This document shows, piece by piece, positions 1 through 13,046 of a stretch of 64,000 nt of DNA. Positions within the stretch are counted from its first letter, which is position 1; each line of letters begins with the position of its first letter. The stretch comes from Nemertoderma westbladi (Eukaryota; Animalia; Xenacoelomorpha). The position numbers and the translations under genes were made by a program. Where the stretch lies: contig JAUCBJ010007936.1 of assembly GCA_032718475.1 (NCBI GenBank), positions 62,001 to 126,000 on the forward strand, given 5' to 3'. The notes below the pieces were generated by a model. That model had not been told where the DNA came from, made no database searches, and saw only the letters and a list, made by a program, of their open reading frames with translations.

Positions 1-3000
1 ATACATACTTGTTGCAAAGTACTTTACAGTGTTCTGGTCCTCGTGGCTTTATTTTCACTCACTCACTAACGTTAGTTCGTGTAACAAAGCCAATCGGATC
101 ATGACAATGTAACGTGCTACTTTACAAACAAGTATGTAAATAGTTATTAACGTGTTCTGATCCTCGTGGCTTTATTTTCACTCACTCACTAACATTCGTT
201 CGTGTAACAAAGCCAATCGGATCATGACAATGTAACGTGCTACTTTACAAACAAGTATGTAAATAGTTATTAACGTGTTCTGATCCTCGTGGCTTTATTT
301 TCACTCACTCACTAACATTCGTTCGTGTAACAAAGCCAATCGGATCATGACAATGTAACGTGCTACTTTACAAACAAGTATGTAAATAGTTATTAACGTG
401 TTCTGATCCTCGTGGCTTTATTTTCACTCACTCACTAACATTCGTTCGTGTAACAAAGCCAATCGGATCATGACAATGTAACGTGCTACTTTACAAACAA
501 GTATGTAAATAGTTATTAACGTGTTCTGATCCTCGTGGCTTTATTTTCACTTACTCACCAATGTTCGTTCGTGTAACAAAGCCACTCGGATCATCACACT
601 GTAACGTGCTACTTTACAAACAAGTATGTAAATAGTTATTAACGTGTTCTGATCCTCGTGGCTTTATTTTCACTCACTCACTAACGTTCGTTCGTGTAAC
701 AAAGCCACTCGGATCATCACACTGTAACGTGCTACTTTACAAACAAGTATGTAAATAGTTATTAACGTGTTCTGATCCTCGTGGCTTTATTTTCACTAAC
801 TCACTAACGTTAGTTCGTGTAACAAAGCCAATCGGATCATGACAATGTAACGTGCTACTTTACAAACAAGTATGTAAATAGTTATTAACGTGTTCTGATC
901 CTCGTGGCTTTATTTTCACTCACTCACTAACGTTAGTTCGTGTAACAAAGCCAATCGGATCATGACAATGTAACGTGCTACTTTACAAACAAGTATGTAA
1001 ATAGTTATTAACGTGTTCTGATCCTCGTGGCTTTATTTTCACTCACTCACTAACGTTAGTTCGTGTAACAAAGCCAATCGGATCATGACAATGTAACGTG
1101 CTACTTTACAAACAAGTATGTAAATAGTTATTAACGTGTTCTGATCCTCGTGGCTTTATTTTCACTCACTCACTAACGTTAGTTCGTGTAACAAAGCCAC
1201 TCGGATCATCACAATGTAACGTGCTACTTTACAAACAAGTATGTAAATAGTTATTAACGTGTTCTGATCCTCATGGCTTTATTTTCACTCACTCACTAAC
1301 ATTCGTTCGTGTAACAAAGCCAATCGGATCATGACAATGTAACGTGCTACTTTACAAACAAGTATGTAAATAGTTATTAACGTGTTCTGATCCTCGTGGC
1401 TTTATTTTCACTCACTCACTAACGTTCGTTCGTGTAACAAAGCCACTCGGATCATCACACTGTAACGTGCTACTTTACAAACAAGTATGTAAATAGTTAT
1501 TAACGTGTTCTGATCCTCATGGCTTTATTTTCACTCACTCACTAACATTCGTTCGTGTAACAAAGCCACTCGGATCATCACAATGTAACGTGCTACTTTA
1601 CAAACAAGTATGTAAATAGTTATTAACGTGTTCTGATCCTCGTGGCTTTATTTTCACTCACTCACTAACGTTCGTTCGTGTAACAAAGCCACTCGGATCA
1701 TCACACTGTAACGTGCTACTTTACAAACAAGTATGTAAATAGTTATTAACGTGTTCTGATCCTCGTGGCTTTATTTTCACTAACTCACTAACGTTAGTTC
1801 GTGTAACAAAGCCAATCGGATCATGACAATGTAACGTGCTACTTTACAAACAAGTATGTAAATAGTTATTACAGTGTTCTGATCCTCGTGGCTTTATTTT
1901 CACTAACTCACTAACGTTAGTTCGTGTAACAAAGCCAATCGGATCATGACAATGTAACGTGCTACTTTACAAACAAGTATGTAAATAGTTATTACAGTGT
2001 TCTGATCCTCGTGGCTTTATTTTCACTTACTCACCAATGTTCGTTCGTGTAACAAAGCCACTCGGATCATCACAATGTAACGTGCTACTTTACAAACAAG
2101 TATGTAAATAGTTATTACAGTGTTCTGATCCTCGTGGCTTTATTTTCACTAACTCACTAACGTTAGTTCGTGTAACAAAGCCAATCGGATCATGACAATG
2201 TAACGTGCTACTTTACAAACAAGTATGTAAATAGTTATTACAGTGTTCTGATCCTCGTGGCTTTATTTTCACTTACTCACCAATGTTCGTTCGTGTAACA
2301 AAGCCACTCGGATCATCACAATGTAACGTGCTACTTTACAAACAAGTATGTAAATAGTTATTACAGTGTTCTGATCCTCGTGGCTTTATTTTCACTAACT
2401 CACTAACGTTAGTTCGTGTAACAAAGCCAATCGGATCATGACAATGTAACGTGCTACTTTACAAACAAGTATGTAAATAGTTATTACAGTGTTCTGATCC
2501 TCGTGGCTTTATTTTCACTTACTCACCAATGTTCGTTCGTGTAACAAAGCCAATCGGATCATGACAATGTAACGTGCTACTTTACAAACAAGTATGTAAA
2601 TAGTTATTACAGTGTTCTGATCCTCGTGGCTTTATTTTCACTCACTCACTAACGTTCGTTCGTGTAACAAAGCCACTCGGATCATCACACTGTAACGTGC
2701 TACTTTACAAACAAGTATGTAAATAGTTATTAACGTGTTCTGATCCTCGTGGCTTTATTTTCACTCACTCACTAACGTTCGTTCGTGTAACAAAGCCACT
2801 CGGATCATCACACTGTAACGTGCTACTTTACAAACAAGTATGTAAATAGTTATTAACGTGTTCTGATCCTCGTGGCTTTATTTTCACTCACTCACTAACG
2901 TTCGTTCGTGTAACAAAGCCACTCGGATCATCACAATGTAACGTGCTACTTTACAAACAAGTATGTAAATAGTTATTACAGTGTTCTGATCCTCGTGGCT

Positions 3001-6000
3001 TTATTTTCACTCACTCACTAACGTTCGTTCGTGTAACAAAGCAACTCGGATCATCACAATGTAACGTGCTACTTTACAAACAAGTATGTAAATAGTTATT
3101 ACAGTGTTCTGATCCTCGTGGCTTTATTTTCAATCACTCACTAACGTTCGTTCGTGTAACAAAGCCACTCGGATCATCACACTGTAACGTGCTACTTTAC
3201 AAACAAGTATGTAAATAGTTATTAACGTGTTCTGATCCTCGTGGCTTTATTTTCACTTACTCACCAATGTTCGTTCGTGTAACAAAGCCACTCGGATCAT
3301 CACAATGTAACGTGCTACTTTACAAACAAGTATGTAAATAGTTATTAACGTGTTCTGATCCTCGTGGCTTTATTTTCACTCACTCACTAACGTTCGTTCG
3401 TGTAACAAAGCCACTCGGATCATCACACTGTAACGTGCTACTTTACAAACAAGTATGTAAATAGTTATTAACGTGTTCTGATCCTCGTGGCTTTATTTTC
3501 ACTTACTCACCAATGTTCGTTCGTGTAACAAAGCCACTCGGATCATCACAATGTAACGTGCTACTTTACAAACAAGTATGTAAATAGTTATTAACGTGTT
3601 CTGATCCTCGTGGCTTTATTTTCACTCACTCACTAACGTTCGTTCGTGTAACAAAGCCACTCGGATCATCACACTGTAACGTGCTACTTTACAAACAAGT
3701 ATGTAAATAGTTATTAACGTGTTCTGATCCTCGTGGCTTTATTTTCACTCACTCACTAACGTTCGTTCGTGTAACAAAGCCACTCGGATCATCACAATGT
3801 AACGTGCTACTTTACAAACAAGTATGTAAATAGTTATTACAGTGTTCTGATCCTCGTGGCTTTATTTTCACTCACTCACTAACGTTCGTTCGTGTAACAA
3901 AGCCACTCGGATCATCACAATGTAACGTGCTACTTTACAAACAAGTATGTAAATAGTTATTACAGTGTTCTGATCCTCGTGGCTTTATTTTCACTCACTC
4001 ACTAACGTTCGTTCGTGTAACAAAGCCACTCGGATCATCACACTGTAACGTGCTACTTTACAAACAAGTATGTAAATAGTTATTAACGTGTTCTGATCCT
4101 CGTGGCTTTATTTTCACTTACTCACCAATGTTCGTTCGTGTAACAAAGCCACTCGGATCATCACAATGTAACGTGCTACTTTACAAACAAGTATGTAAAT
4201 AGTTATTAACGTGTTCTGATCCTCGTGGCTTTATTTTCACTCACTCACTAACGTTCGTTCGTGTAACAAAGCCACTCGGATCATCACAATGTAACGTGCT
4301 ACTTTACAAACAAGTATGTAAATAGTTATTACAGTGTTCTGATCCTCGTGGCTTTATTTTCACTCACTCACTAACGTTCGTTCGTGTAACAAAGCCACTC
4401 GGATCATCACAATGTAACGTGCTACTTTACAAACAAGTATGTAAATAGTTATTAACGTGTTCTGATCCTCGTGGCTTTATTTTCACTTACTCACCAATGT
4501 TCGTTCGTGTAACAAAGCCACTCGGATCATCACAATGTAACGTGCTACTTTACAAACAAGTATGTAAATAGTTATTAACGTGTTCTGATCCTCGTGGCTT
4601 TATTTTCACTAACTCACTAACGTTCGTTCGTGTAACAAAGCCACTCGGATCATCACAATGTAACGTGCTACTTTACAAACAAGTATGTAAATAGTTATTA
4701 CAGTGTTCTGATCCTCGTGGCTTTATTTTCACTCACTCACTAACGTTCGTTCGTGTAACAAAGCCACTCGGATCATCACAATGTAACGTGCTACTTTACA
4801 AACAAGTATGTAAATAGTTATTAACGTGTCCTGATCCTCGTGGCTTTATTTTCACTTACTCACCAATGTTCGTTCGTGTAACAAAGCCACTCGGATCATC
4901 ACAATGTAACGTGCTACTTTACAAACAAGTATGTAAATAGTTATTACAGTGTTCTGATCCTCGTGGCTTTATTTTCACTCACTCACTAACGTTCGTTCGT
5001 GTAACAAAGCCACTCGGATCATCACAATGTAACGTGCTACTTTACAAACAAGTATGTAAATAGTTATTAACGTGTTCTGATCCTCGTGGCTTTATTTTCA
5101 CTTACTCACCAATGTTCGTTCGTGTAACAAAGCCACTCGGATCATCACAATGTAACGTGCTACTTTACAAACAAGTATGTAAATAGTTATTAACGTGTTC
5201 TGATCCTCGTGGCTTTATTTTCACTCACTCACTAACGTTCGTTCGTGTAACAAAGCCACTCGGATCATCACACTGTAACGTGCTACTTTACAAACAAGTA
5301 TGTAAATAGTTATTAACGTGTTCTGATCCTCGTGGCTTTATTTTCACTTACTCACCAATGTTCGTTCGTGTAACAAAGCCACTCGGATCATCACAATGTA
5401 ACGTGCTACTTTACAAACAAGTATGTAAATAGTTATTAACGTGTTCTGATCCTCGTGGCTTTATTTTCACTCACTCACTAACGTTCGTTCGTGTAACAAA
5501 GCCACTCGGATCATCACAATGTAACGTGCTACTTTACAAACAAGTATGTAAATAGTTATTACAGTGTTCTGATCCTCGTGGCTTTATTTTCACTCACTCA
5601 CTAACGTTCGTTCGTGTAACAAAGCCACTCGGATCATCACAATGTAACGTGCTACTTTACAAACAAGTATGTAAATAGTTATTAACGTGTTCTGATCCTC
5701 GTGGCTTTATTTTCACTTACTCACCAATGTTCGTTCGTGTAACAAAGCCAATCGGATCATGACAATGTAACGTGCTACTTTACAAACAAGTATGTAAATA
5801 GTTATTACAGTGTTCTGATCCTCGTGGCTTTATTTTCACTCACTCACTAACGTTCTTTCGTGTAACAAAGCCACTCGGATCATCACACTGTAAAGTGCTA
5901 ATTTACACACAAGTATGTAATAAACTGCTACTTTACACACAAGTATGTAATAAAGTGCTACTTTACACACAAGTATGTAATAAAGTGCTACTTTACACAC

Positions 6001-6020
6001 AAGTAAGTAAATAGTTATTT
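1..6020. repeat. Tandem satellite, 123-bp unit, ~48 copies, ending in ~4 copies of a 30-bp subunit
   Basis: tcctcgtggc recurs at 161, 284 and onward (period 123). Units differ only at a few diagnostic sites. 5892-6020 is (gtgctactttacacacaagtatgtaataaa)n. Confidence 0.97.
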
Positions 6021-6374
6021 TATTGTATTTCTTTATTCATTTTTATTATTGCAGACAGGTGCGGGAACTCTGAACTCAATTAAATTCATCTCTCTCCAGG
6101 GGAAAATCGACACAAATAACCACTGATTTCTCTCAAAAGTGAAAATATAACCTGTTCGTATTGACTTTCGTTTATTGCTTTGGTTAGAATAACGCGCCAC
6201 TGTATCCTGCTCCTTTATCTTAATTGATAAAAATTTAATATTAATACGAGATTTTAATTCCCCGAGATTTGCGTCAAGTTTTCTACCTGTCTCTAATAAT
6301 TTTTCTCAGTTCTCATATTTCATGACTCTATGTTAGATCAGTGGTTATGGGTATACCCCAAATGTTTGTTTTAA

Positions 6375-7889
6375 CCCTATTAAACCCGGGGGGGGGGGGG
6401 GGGTCAATATGACCCCCCCCCCCGTGGTTTTTTTATTATAATTCTGAAACAAACGCAGTTGGGAATCTGAAATTTTATGACTTTTCCTAAAAATCTATTG
6501 TCTTCCTAGTATTGAAAACCGTTTTCAAAAATATTGGGTACTTTTCGAGTTATAGCACCATTTTTTAACCCTACTTTTGGCACTTTTTTTTGAGACGTTT
6601 TTTGAAAATTACATTTCATTAAATATGAATTGTAACATCTCTATTTTTGATTTACACCGGTTTTTTGGTGTTAGAAATTGGATGGAATTCATATAAATTG
6701 ATTTAGAAATTTCAAACTTGTTTTTTCGGCGGGTGCCAATTTTTGGTGCCAGCACCAAATTTTGAAATATGTCAATTTTGTAACTTGATTGTTTGAAACT
6801 TATTTTTTACGCAATTGGGGTTTTTTGGGGTTCTGGATTCGATGAAATATATACGAATTGCACCAAGCGTATCAAACTTGTATTTTTCGGTGCTGTGTGC
6901 AATTTTTGGTGCTAGCACGAAATTTTGAAAATCCATTCAATAGATAAAATTGCTTGTGACAATTTATTTCTTGCGTTTTAGAGGTTTATGGCTGTTCTGA
7001 ATTCAATGGAATATATAATTATCGAACTAGACATCTCAAACTTGTATTTTTCGGATGTGGGTGCAAAATGTGGTGCTAGCACCAAATTTTGAAAACCATC
7101 AAATATATAAATTGATTGTGTCACCTTGTTTCTTGCGTTATACGGGTTTGTGATGGTTCTGAATTCAATGGAATCAGTAAAAATTTCATAAGAGTTCTCA
7201 AACTTGTATTTTTCGCCGGTGGGTGAAAATTGTTGTGCCAGCACCAAATTTTGGAAAATATGCAAATTGATCAGTAGATAGTATCACCTTGTTTCTTGCG
7301 TTATACGGGTTTATGAGGGTCCTGAATCCGATGGAATCAATAAAAACAGCACTGGACATCGCAAAATTGTACTTTTTGGGTGATGGGTACGAAATTTGGT
7401 GCTAGCACTCAAAATTTGCCAAATTACGCCGAAAAATACAAGTAGCAATGATCTGGCATATTAGAAATGTATTCCATTAGAATCAGCGCCCTCGAAAACC
7501 TGAAAATGCGAATTTATAGCATCGTATAAGTGAATTAAAAATTTTGTGTTCTAACTGAAAAGTGCTGGTTACTTGTTTTTTTCATTTTTTTCCTACGCGG
7601 AGAGGACTAAACAGCCATTTATAGTAATCATATCATTTTTAAATATTTTCCAATGTATTTTGCACCCCAGAAAACCTGTATTGAAAAATAATTAGCCGAA
7701 AATGTAACTTAAAAATTTTGTGAAAATTGTGCACTACTTGTAATTTTGGTGCTGCAATATAACCACCCCAGTACATTTTTTCGAAAATATTTTTTTTCGG
7801 TCGGATCCAGACAAGTGATACCTACGTACAAACAAAAAATCAGACGTTTTCGTAAATATTTGTAGATTTTAGAGGGGGGGGTCAATATG

Positions 7890-7928
<39 letters not shown>

Positions 7929-7961
7929 TGTACAACATTTTATAGCCCGGTACTAATAGGG
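6375..7961. mobile_element. piggyBac-type non-autonomous element (MITE) with internal ~120-bp diverged repeats
   Basis: TTAA|ccctatta at the left end and taataggg|TTAA at the right (TTAA 6371-6374 and 7962-7965). ggggtcaatatgacccc palindromes occur near both ends. No transposase. Confidence 0.85.
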
Positions 7962-7974
7962 TTAATACCCGCCA

Positions 7975-8525
7975 GTATGACCCTTCCCGTGGTTTTTTTG
8001 TTATAACTCTGAAACAAACGCAGTTGAGGATCTGAAATTTTATGACTTTTCCTAAAAATCTATTGTCTTCCTAATAGTGAAAACGGTTTTCAAAATATTG
8101 GGAAGTTTTCGAGTTAAATAGCACAATTTTTTAACCCTACTTTTGGCACTTTTTTGAGGCGTTTTTTGAAAATTACATTTCATTAAATATGATTTGTAAC
8201 ATCCCTATTTTTGATTTACACCGGTTTTTTGGTGATTGCAATTAGATGTAGATGGAATTATTCTAAATAAATTTAGAAATTTCAAACTTGTTTTTTTCTG
8301 CGGATGCCAATTTTGGTGCCAGCACAAAATTTTGAAATATGTCAATTTCGTAAATTGATTGCTTGAACCTATTTTTTGCGCAATAGGTGTTTTTTGGGGC
8401 TCTGATTTCGATGGTATATATACGAGTTGCACCAGGAGTATCAAAATTGTATTTTTCGGCGCAGTGTGCATAATTTGGTGCCAGCACGAAATTTTGAAAT
8501 AATTCCATTCAATAGTTAAATTGAT
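7975..8525. mobile_element. Second, partial copy of the same piggyBac-type MITE, truncated by the LTR
   Basis: Colinear with ~6410-6955 and stops where tgtgacgggatc begins. Confidence 0.85.
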
Positions 8526-9389
8526 TGTGACGGGATCAGAGATCCCGACCGGGTTAGATATGTACGCGTCACCGTTCTGCTGGGGGATCGTGCTAGTAGC
8601 TTTGGCCGAGGCCGTTGGGGAAAAACAGTAAGAGTTTCTGTTGTCTCTCGATATTAATTAATATGGACGATAATAGCACGCCAGTAGATAATAATCAGAA
8701 AATACAAGTTAATTGTTACCGGTATGGCGGTGGCGGTCATTAACTATGACCGGTCCGCACTGACTGAACTGAATAACACAACTGACCGGTAAACCAGTAA
8801 TGTAAGATAATATATGATTAATCACACATTGAGTATTGGTTTTACCTCCTACTCTACTTTGGCCCTCTACCCAATGGATGCTTTCCTGTTCCTTACTTAT
8901 TTATTTATTTTATTTATTTATTTATTTATTTCCTCCAAAATATAAAATAAAAATAATGCACAATACCCTACAAAATTGATTGCTGGGTTGATTGGTGTGA
9001 GCTTCCGCTATAGCATAGCTAGTGTAGTTTTAGCTCACCCCTGCATCTGGAGAGTTCTAGAATGTTTAAAGTAAATTTAATTATACAGATAGGTGGGTGC
9101 GGTGCGGTTGACTGCTGTCGGAATTTTATAAATATTTGTTTTTTCCTGCAAGTAAAAAAATAAATTTGTGGTATGTACAAGACTGCATAGCAAACTGATG
9201 ATAACCAATAGGGGAGAATGTATGTATATGTAAAGAAAAAAGTATGAAACTATATATATGACGCAAAATATGTAAAGGAAAATATATTTATATAACGCAA
9301 GTTGTTGATAACCAATTGGGGAGAATGTATATGAAAAAAATAAAAATAAAAAAATATATATGTATGCTATTGAAATTGAAATGGTTTAA

Positions 9390-9845
9390 TCATATCTGCA
9401 GTAAGTGGTATTTTAATTTTTTCTTAAATATCGCCAGGTTTCGACTGTCCCTAATAAGTTGTGATAATGAGTTCCACAAAAGTGGCCCTTGCATAGATAA
9501 TGAAAGATGGCGAACATCCAAACGAGCCGGAGGTAAATGATACAGGCCAGAGGAAGCAGAGCGAGTATTATATGAGTGAACCGAAGAGGCTTTAGTAAAG
9601 AGGTAAGCTAGAGGGTGAGATGGATTATTATGGACTTCAAACATGAGTATTAGCACCTGGTATTTATAGAGGAGATCTAGAGGTAGGATACGTAATTGTT
9701 GGTAGATGGGATAGGATGAGGATTGAGAATGATTAAATGTGATACAACGCAATATTTTATTGATTTTTATTTTCAAAGGATCTGTGTTGGACTTGTAAGT
9801 GCCGCCCCAAACAATCAAGCCATAGAAAATGTAAGGATAAATTCG
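9390..9845 (-). pseudogene. LINE ORF2 C-terminal fragment (post-RT)
   Basis: IYPYIFYGLIVWG...HSYNTRS...QGPLLWNSL...FKKKLK, typical of L2/CR1/Crack ORF2 ends. Confidence 0.85.
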
Positions 9846-10169
9846 TCCTGCCACTAGAACGTCGCACTACCACTAGAATTAGTGTCTGACGCAATTTGTT
9901 GCATTAGACAATGTGTTATGTTGCAATATTTATCTTCGCTAAAATTCAAATTACATTCCCCAGCAACCAATGTGGTATATACCGGTATCTACCTATAATC
10001 TATTATAGTATATATCCGGTATAACAGATGTCATATATGATACACTAAACGTGGACCAGAATTAAATGTTTTGCACGTAATACGCATTATATACACAAAT
10101 TACATATTGATGTCCTAAATAAGGTTCTAATATATATATATAGCCCAAACCACCGGTATCAAAAATATT

Positions 10170-10495
10170 TAGTATAATATATCGTGCCCTGAATATATAT
10201 AAAAAATAGAAATACATAGTTTAAACCTCTATTATATGAAGCCCATACTAACAGTATAACACGTAATAGTACAACATATTGTACCGTGATAGTATAATAT
10301 ATCGTACCCTGGATATATATATATAAAATAGAAATACATAGGTTAAACTTATATTATAGCCCATACTAACGGTATAACACCTATTAGTTTAATATATCGT
10401 ACCCTGAATATATATATATATAAAATAGAAATACATAGGTTAAACTTATATTATAGCCCATACTAACGGTATAACACCTATTAGTTTAATATATC
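10170..10495. repeat. ~3 AT-rich tandem repeats (~100-120 bp) in the LINE inter-ORF region
   Basis: aatatatcgt(g/a)ccctg...aaatagaaatacatag...agcccatactaac repeated three times. Confidence 0.8.
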
Positions 10496-10862
10496 ACCGA
10501 TATACTGATATAGGCCCTAGTACATAATGGTACAGTATTGGCATTATATATCGCAGCCCTTCTAGCCTATATTACCAGAAGGTAAAGAAATAAAAATAAA
10601 TCAAGACTTAGCCAATAATAGAAAAATAAACCAAAATGCAACTTCAAATTTTCCGGACTAACAGCATATTCACTTGTTACTGTTATAATAGTAAATGAGT
10701 AAGACTACAATAGAAAAATAAATGGACTGACAGACATGCAGATTTATACCAGTATGTAGAGATTTTAATGTTTGGGGAAAGCATCAACGTCGAAATACAG
10801 CTCGGAACATTCATTATAGCAGTATGTTAGCTAAACCCAAGAAATTGGTGGGTCATACCAAT

Positions 10863-11609
10863 TTAACAAAAAAACCAGTAAGATTGCTCCTGTTCCTTTG
10901 GTAACCTGTTCCTGTTCCCTTCATTGACCATATGGGATGGACTGACTTGGAGGGCACGAATAGCCACAACATCAGAATCCGAACATATCTTCTTTGGTAT
11001 CGATTTCTCCGCGGTGCAAACAAATACAGATCCATTGCGTGTGAAGTAAGAGAATATTAACTTAGCCCGATGTAATTCGCGCATGCGGGTAATTAATTTC
11101 GAGCCCGTGGGGGTAAGATGTTCCATAATCGATAAAGGACGCTTCAACTTTTTCTTATTAACCAAGGCAGTTATACGAGCGCTGTGGCCGTAGAACCGAA
11201 TAATTAATAGACGAGGTTTTGGTGGTTCGCTTGTTAAAGAAGACGAATGCGTGGCCAAGGGACCAGTTGGCTTCGATGTTTTACCTAACCTGTGGTACAA
11301 ATCAACGTCACTAATCGAGAGGTTTGGAGGGGATAGCACTTCTGAGATAAGCTGATGACGCTCTTCGTCGGGGCTGACCACCTCTGGAAGGTTATGAACA
11401 AGTATGTTGTGGCGTCGTTGATAAGAGGTAAGCTCTTCGTTATCGTGATGGAGTTCCGCCTGTTGTCTCTGTATTGTTGTATTGGTCTCGGTAATTACTC
11501 GATTGTTGGTTTCGAGATTATGCAATCTCGAACAAACTGCAAAGATTTCAGATGTCAGACTGGCCCTGTTGTAGATCGTCAAGACGGGCGAGGATTTCCT
11601 CGCCCACAT
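10863..11609 (-). CDS. LINE ORF1 (coiled coil plus L1-type RRM/CTD)
   Basis: YQRRHNILVHNLPE, HRLGK, PRLLIIRF, IMEHLTP and FTRNGSVFV motifs. Confidence 0.85.
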   Translation of the reverse strand: MWARKSSPVLTIYNRASLTSEIFAVCSRLHNLETNNRVITETNTTIQRQQAELHHDNEELTSYQRRHNILVHNLPEVVSPDEERHQLISEVLSPPNLSISDVDLYHRLGKTSKPTGPLATHSSSLTSEPPKPRLLIIRFYGHSARITALVNKKKLKRPLSIMEHLTPTGSKLITRMRELHRAKLIFSYFTRNGSVFVCTAEKSIPKKICSDSDVVAIRALQVSPSHMVNEGNRNRLPKEQEQSYWFFC

Positions 11610-13030
11610 CTTTCCACGTAGGCATAACTAGGCCTTTCTGCCTTTTCCACCCTGGCAGATTCAGCCTACAGAAGTCGAGAAGAGTAGGTCAGTCACTGAT
11701 TGTAGGTTGATTGGCAGACTACAATTTGAAAATTCCCAGTTCCGGAGGTCCCACGAATTACTGGTATCAGGCGAGTACAGAGTACTTGATTAAAGTCAGC
11801 GTTCAGGATTTCAGTGATAGCTGGATACAGGGATAGGAGGTAGATGGAGCTGTAAACAGGTAGAGTGGTTTATGGCTCAGGCAGTGGGCAGGATCATGGC
11901 AATATGGATGCGTATCTCAATAATTAAAGAGTTCAAAATGGGGCCATTAGGCCTAATTCAGTACCGGTATTTGCAACACAACAGCAGACAATCAGAGCAC
12001 ACACATACTGCAGTACTGCTGACAGTTGTGCTTACCACGTGCTTCCCTCCCCACTATTGGCTAATATACTAATTGTCACTTTGGCACTCCCTACGGTTGT
12101 TTCCCCTCCGCTGCTAGCCTCTACTAGCTGTCTTCCCTCCGAGGTGGTTTGACCTCTCACCTTTCTCTGTGGCTTGTGTCGCCCCCCCCCCCCCCAATGT
12201 TGGTTATAATACGAGATTAATATTGGTAATCTCGTATCCCCAACATATTGCGAAAATGCCACTAGTCCCATTTTCTGGTGGGTAATGAAGTGGAATTGAA
12301 TCCGCTTACACTCCCACCATGCTATCTTCCCGGTGAGAAGATAGCACCAACCTTAAGTGCGCTTCAATTTTGCTGGAACCCAATCTACTATTGGGTGTGG
12401 GGTGGAGTTCTTTTCTCGGGGTCGGCTTTCCTGGCCGCCCCCCTGGGTATGTTATTGCTACCCCTCCTTGGTGCAATCACGAGCTATGTTGCACCAAGGT
12501 ATCTGACGTCTCTGTTCAAGACAATTGTGGACTCTCTTCACACAATTTTCTGAATCCTCTCCCTAATCCCACTCTGATCTCACTCTCAGACCCCTCTGTC
12601 CCTTACACTATTTCGCATGGACCCCGTTGTCCCTTACTCTTTCTCCTACTGCTCGCTCCCCACACTTGAATTGCACTCCTATAATTTCTACGCACGTCAA
12701 CACCTCCTCTCCATACTTACCTCATATTCCCTACTCAACCCACATTTGTTTTACTCCACTCACCCCTGACGAGCCTCACCCTCCCCTCTTGTGCCGTCGC
12801 ACTCAAGAAGTGTGATTCGTCTAGTGTCCTGTCCTCCTGTCATAGTCAATTGGTCCCCAGTCCCAGTAGCTAGTTGGAAAAAGTTTATATATGACTATAG
12901 TACTTAGTTTGATTATGTTCATTCTGATTATATTGATTATTACATACGTACATACTAATTGCACTTAATTACTTTTGCACTTAGGAGTTCGTATAATTCC
13001 CACATGTGGTGCCTTCCAGGCACGCCCACA

Positions 13031-13041
13031 TCCCCCCCTCT
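13031..13041 (-). promoter_or_regulatory. Polypurine tract
   Basis: The minus strand reads a pure purine run (AGAG, G-run, A) immediately followed by TGTGGG, a few nt after the stop of the accessory ORF. Confidence 0.7.
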
Positions 13042-13046
13042 GAGTC

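Larger units (their letters stand above)
8896..12025 (-). mobile_element. Internally deleted CR1/L2-group LINE (ORF1 plus the 3' end of ORF2 and a (TAAA)n tail)
   Basis: (ttta)n tail at 8896-8931. ORF2 C-terminus and ORF1 motifs are present, APE and RT core absent. The 5' boundary is approximate. Confidence 0.8.
8526..13030 (-). repeat. Putative 3' LTR (TGTG...CACA, ~1.4 kb after removing the nested LINE)
   Basis: Starts TGTGGGCG right after the purine tract and ends CCCGTCACA, where homology to 29383 stops. Interrupted by the LINE at ~8896-12025. Only the last ~300 bp is confirmed by the other copy. Confidence 0.6.

Noticed and set aside
1-6020. CRISPR array
   Set aside because: Whole units repeat with no unique spacers, no cas genes are present, and the context is eukaryotic.
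6978-8508. Short ORFs with repeated FQNLVLAP
   Set aside because: These are translations of internal repeats of a non-coding MITE.
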